In this document: in pieces, positions 63,290 to 64,000 of the stretch
Numbering within the stretch: position 1 is the stretch's first letter
Layout: every line of letters begins with the position of its first letter
From: a virus
Reading direction: 5' to 3' (one strand)
Length of the DNA: 64,000 bases
IMG/VR virus record: IMGVR_UViG_3300045988_166055
Span: 64,001-128,000 of that record
Made by a program: the position numbers and the translations under genes
The notes under the pieces: generated by a model
Databases searched by the model: none
The model's input: the letters and a program-made list of their open reading frames with translations, nothing else
Told to the model about the DNA's origin: nothing

Positions 63290-64000
63290 TGGAACTTATT
63301 GAGCCTAATGTAGAAATGATTACGGAAAGAGATATCTACAAACGAATTGAACTTGCGGGGAGAACCTGCTATAAGTCAGAAGACAAAATTAAAGAAGACT
63401 CAGCAAAAAAGTTTGTTAAAGCTATGATTAAGAGTAATCATACTGCTATGCTGGAGCATGCGTCACTGGTATTTCAAGTAGATTCATATTTTGTTTGGGA
63501 AAAAATTAAGAGATGTAATAGAAGATATCTGAATCTAACTGAATGCTACGTTCCTACAGGATACAACAACCAAGAAAGACGGCTTCTTGTTTCAGGTAAC
63601 ATTCGAGCTATCAACGAATCCGAAAATCCTTTTCTGCTTAAAGCTATGGTAAATGCAGGATACGGTGACGCAGTATATGGTGACCCTACAGTAGAAAAGG
63701 ATAGGGAATACGATGTAGATGCTAGAGTTGTCAATCTCATTGATCTTGAAAATATTCAGAGAGAAGAGATCTTGAATCACTACTATCCTTCTTTCAGATT
63801 AATTACAGATAGGGCAGTAACTCATGAGATGGTTCGTCATCGTCCCGCAAGTTTTGCTCAAGAATCTCAGAGATATGTAAACTATGAAAAGAAAGGTGGA
63901 GTTCAGTTCATTAAACCTTATTGGTTTGATTCAGCATCTGCTACTGAAAAGATTTCGTTCAAATTTTCTTTGCAGAATTCTGAAGGAATTTACAAGGAGC
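63290..64000 (+). CDS. thyX: FAD-dependent thymidylate synthase ThyX (partial; runs off the window)
   Basis: ATG after TAAGGAGG; no stop through nt 64000; ThyX signature TDRAVTHEMVRHRPASFAQESQRY. Confidence 0.85.

Noticed and set aside
1-64000. Stop-codon reassignment (TAG or TGA recoding) and a crAss-like phage identity
   Set aside because: The large size, tRNA array and repeated promoter-like box first suggested this. However, all long genes are intact under the standard code with all three stop codons in use. The tail genes are PBSX/P2-type baseplate genes with Gram-positive-type lysins. The ORF-free regions contain all three stop codons, so recoding does not rescue them.
1-64000. CRISPR arrays, integrase/attachment sites, transposases, rRNA
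   Set aside because: I saw no regularly spaced direct repeats, no recombinase motifs and no rRNA-like sequence. The only mobile-type genes are the two endonuclease-like genes reported above.

Overview
This window looks like one arm of a large, AT-rich tailed dsDNA phage genome. Every credible gene is on the + strand and most have strong Shine-Dalgarno sites. The minus-strand ORFs in the track are shadows of + strand genes. Reading left to right: (1) A tail and baseplate module at 825-20965. It has a tail-assembly chaperone with a frameshift extension and a 1146-aa tape measure. It also has PBSX/P2-type baseplate genes (LysM protein, gpD-like, gp25/W-like, J-like, I-like), three peptidoglycan hydrolases and a fibre carrying a dockerin-like module. 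(2) A head module at 20978-24151, with a protease/scaffold-like gene and a major capsid gene that has G+C-rich codons. (3) A zinc-ribbon/nuclease selfish-type gene and small zinc-finger proteins, then more virion genes at 28322-31702, including a candidate recoding site. (4) An amidase endolysin and a SleB-like hydrolase. (5) A DNA-metabolism and regulation block: SNF2 helicase, RecU-like resolvase, holin-like protein, HD hydrolase, phage sigma factor, GIY-YIG homing endonuclease, UvrD helicase, Rad50/SbcC-like ATPase, S1-domain protein and SHMT. (6) An RNA island of about 8 kb (about 52.8-61.1 kb). It holds 16 canonical tRNAs (almost all with U34), three aberrant tRNA-like genes, a few small ORFs and long ORF-free spacers, one of about 1 kb, that are G+C-rich and visibly structured. 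(7) NAD-dependent DNA ligase and the start of ThyX. Two short sequence boxes recur in intergenic regions and look like two promoter classes: TAAGAATCGTTAT (13 copies) and GAGAACCTTRTAT (6 copies). CHAP, amidase, SleB and dockerin domains plus strong SD sites suggest a Gram-positive (Firmicutes, gut or rumen-like) host. That host assignment is inference only. I found no CRISPR array, integrase, rRNA or stop-codon reassignment. All coordinates and structures come from manual reading, and nothing was searched against databases.
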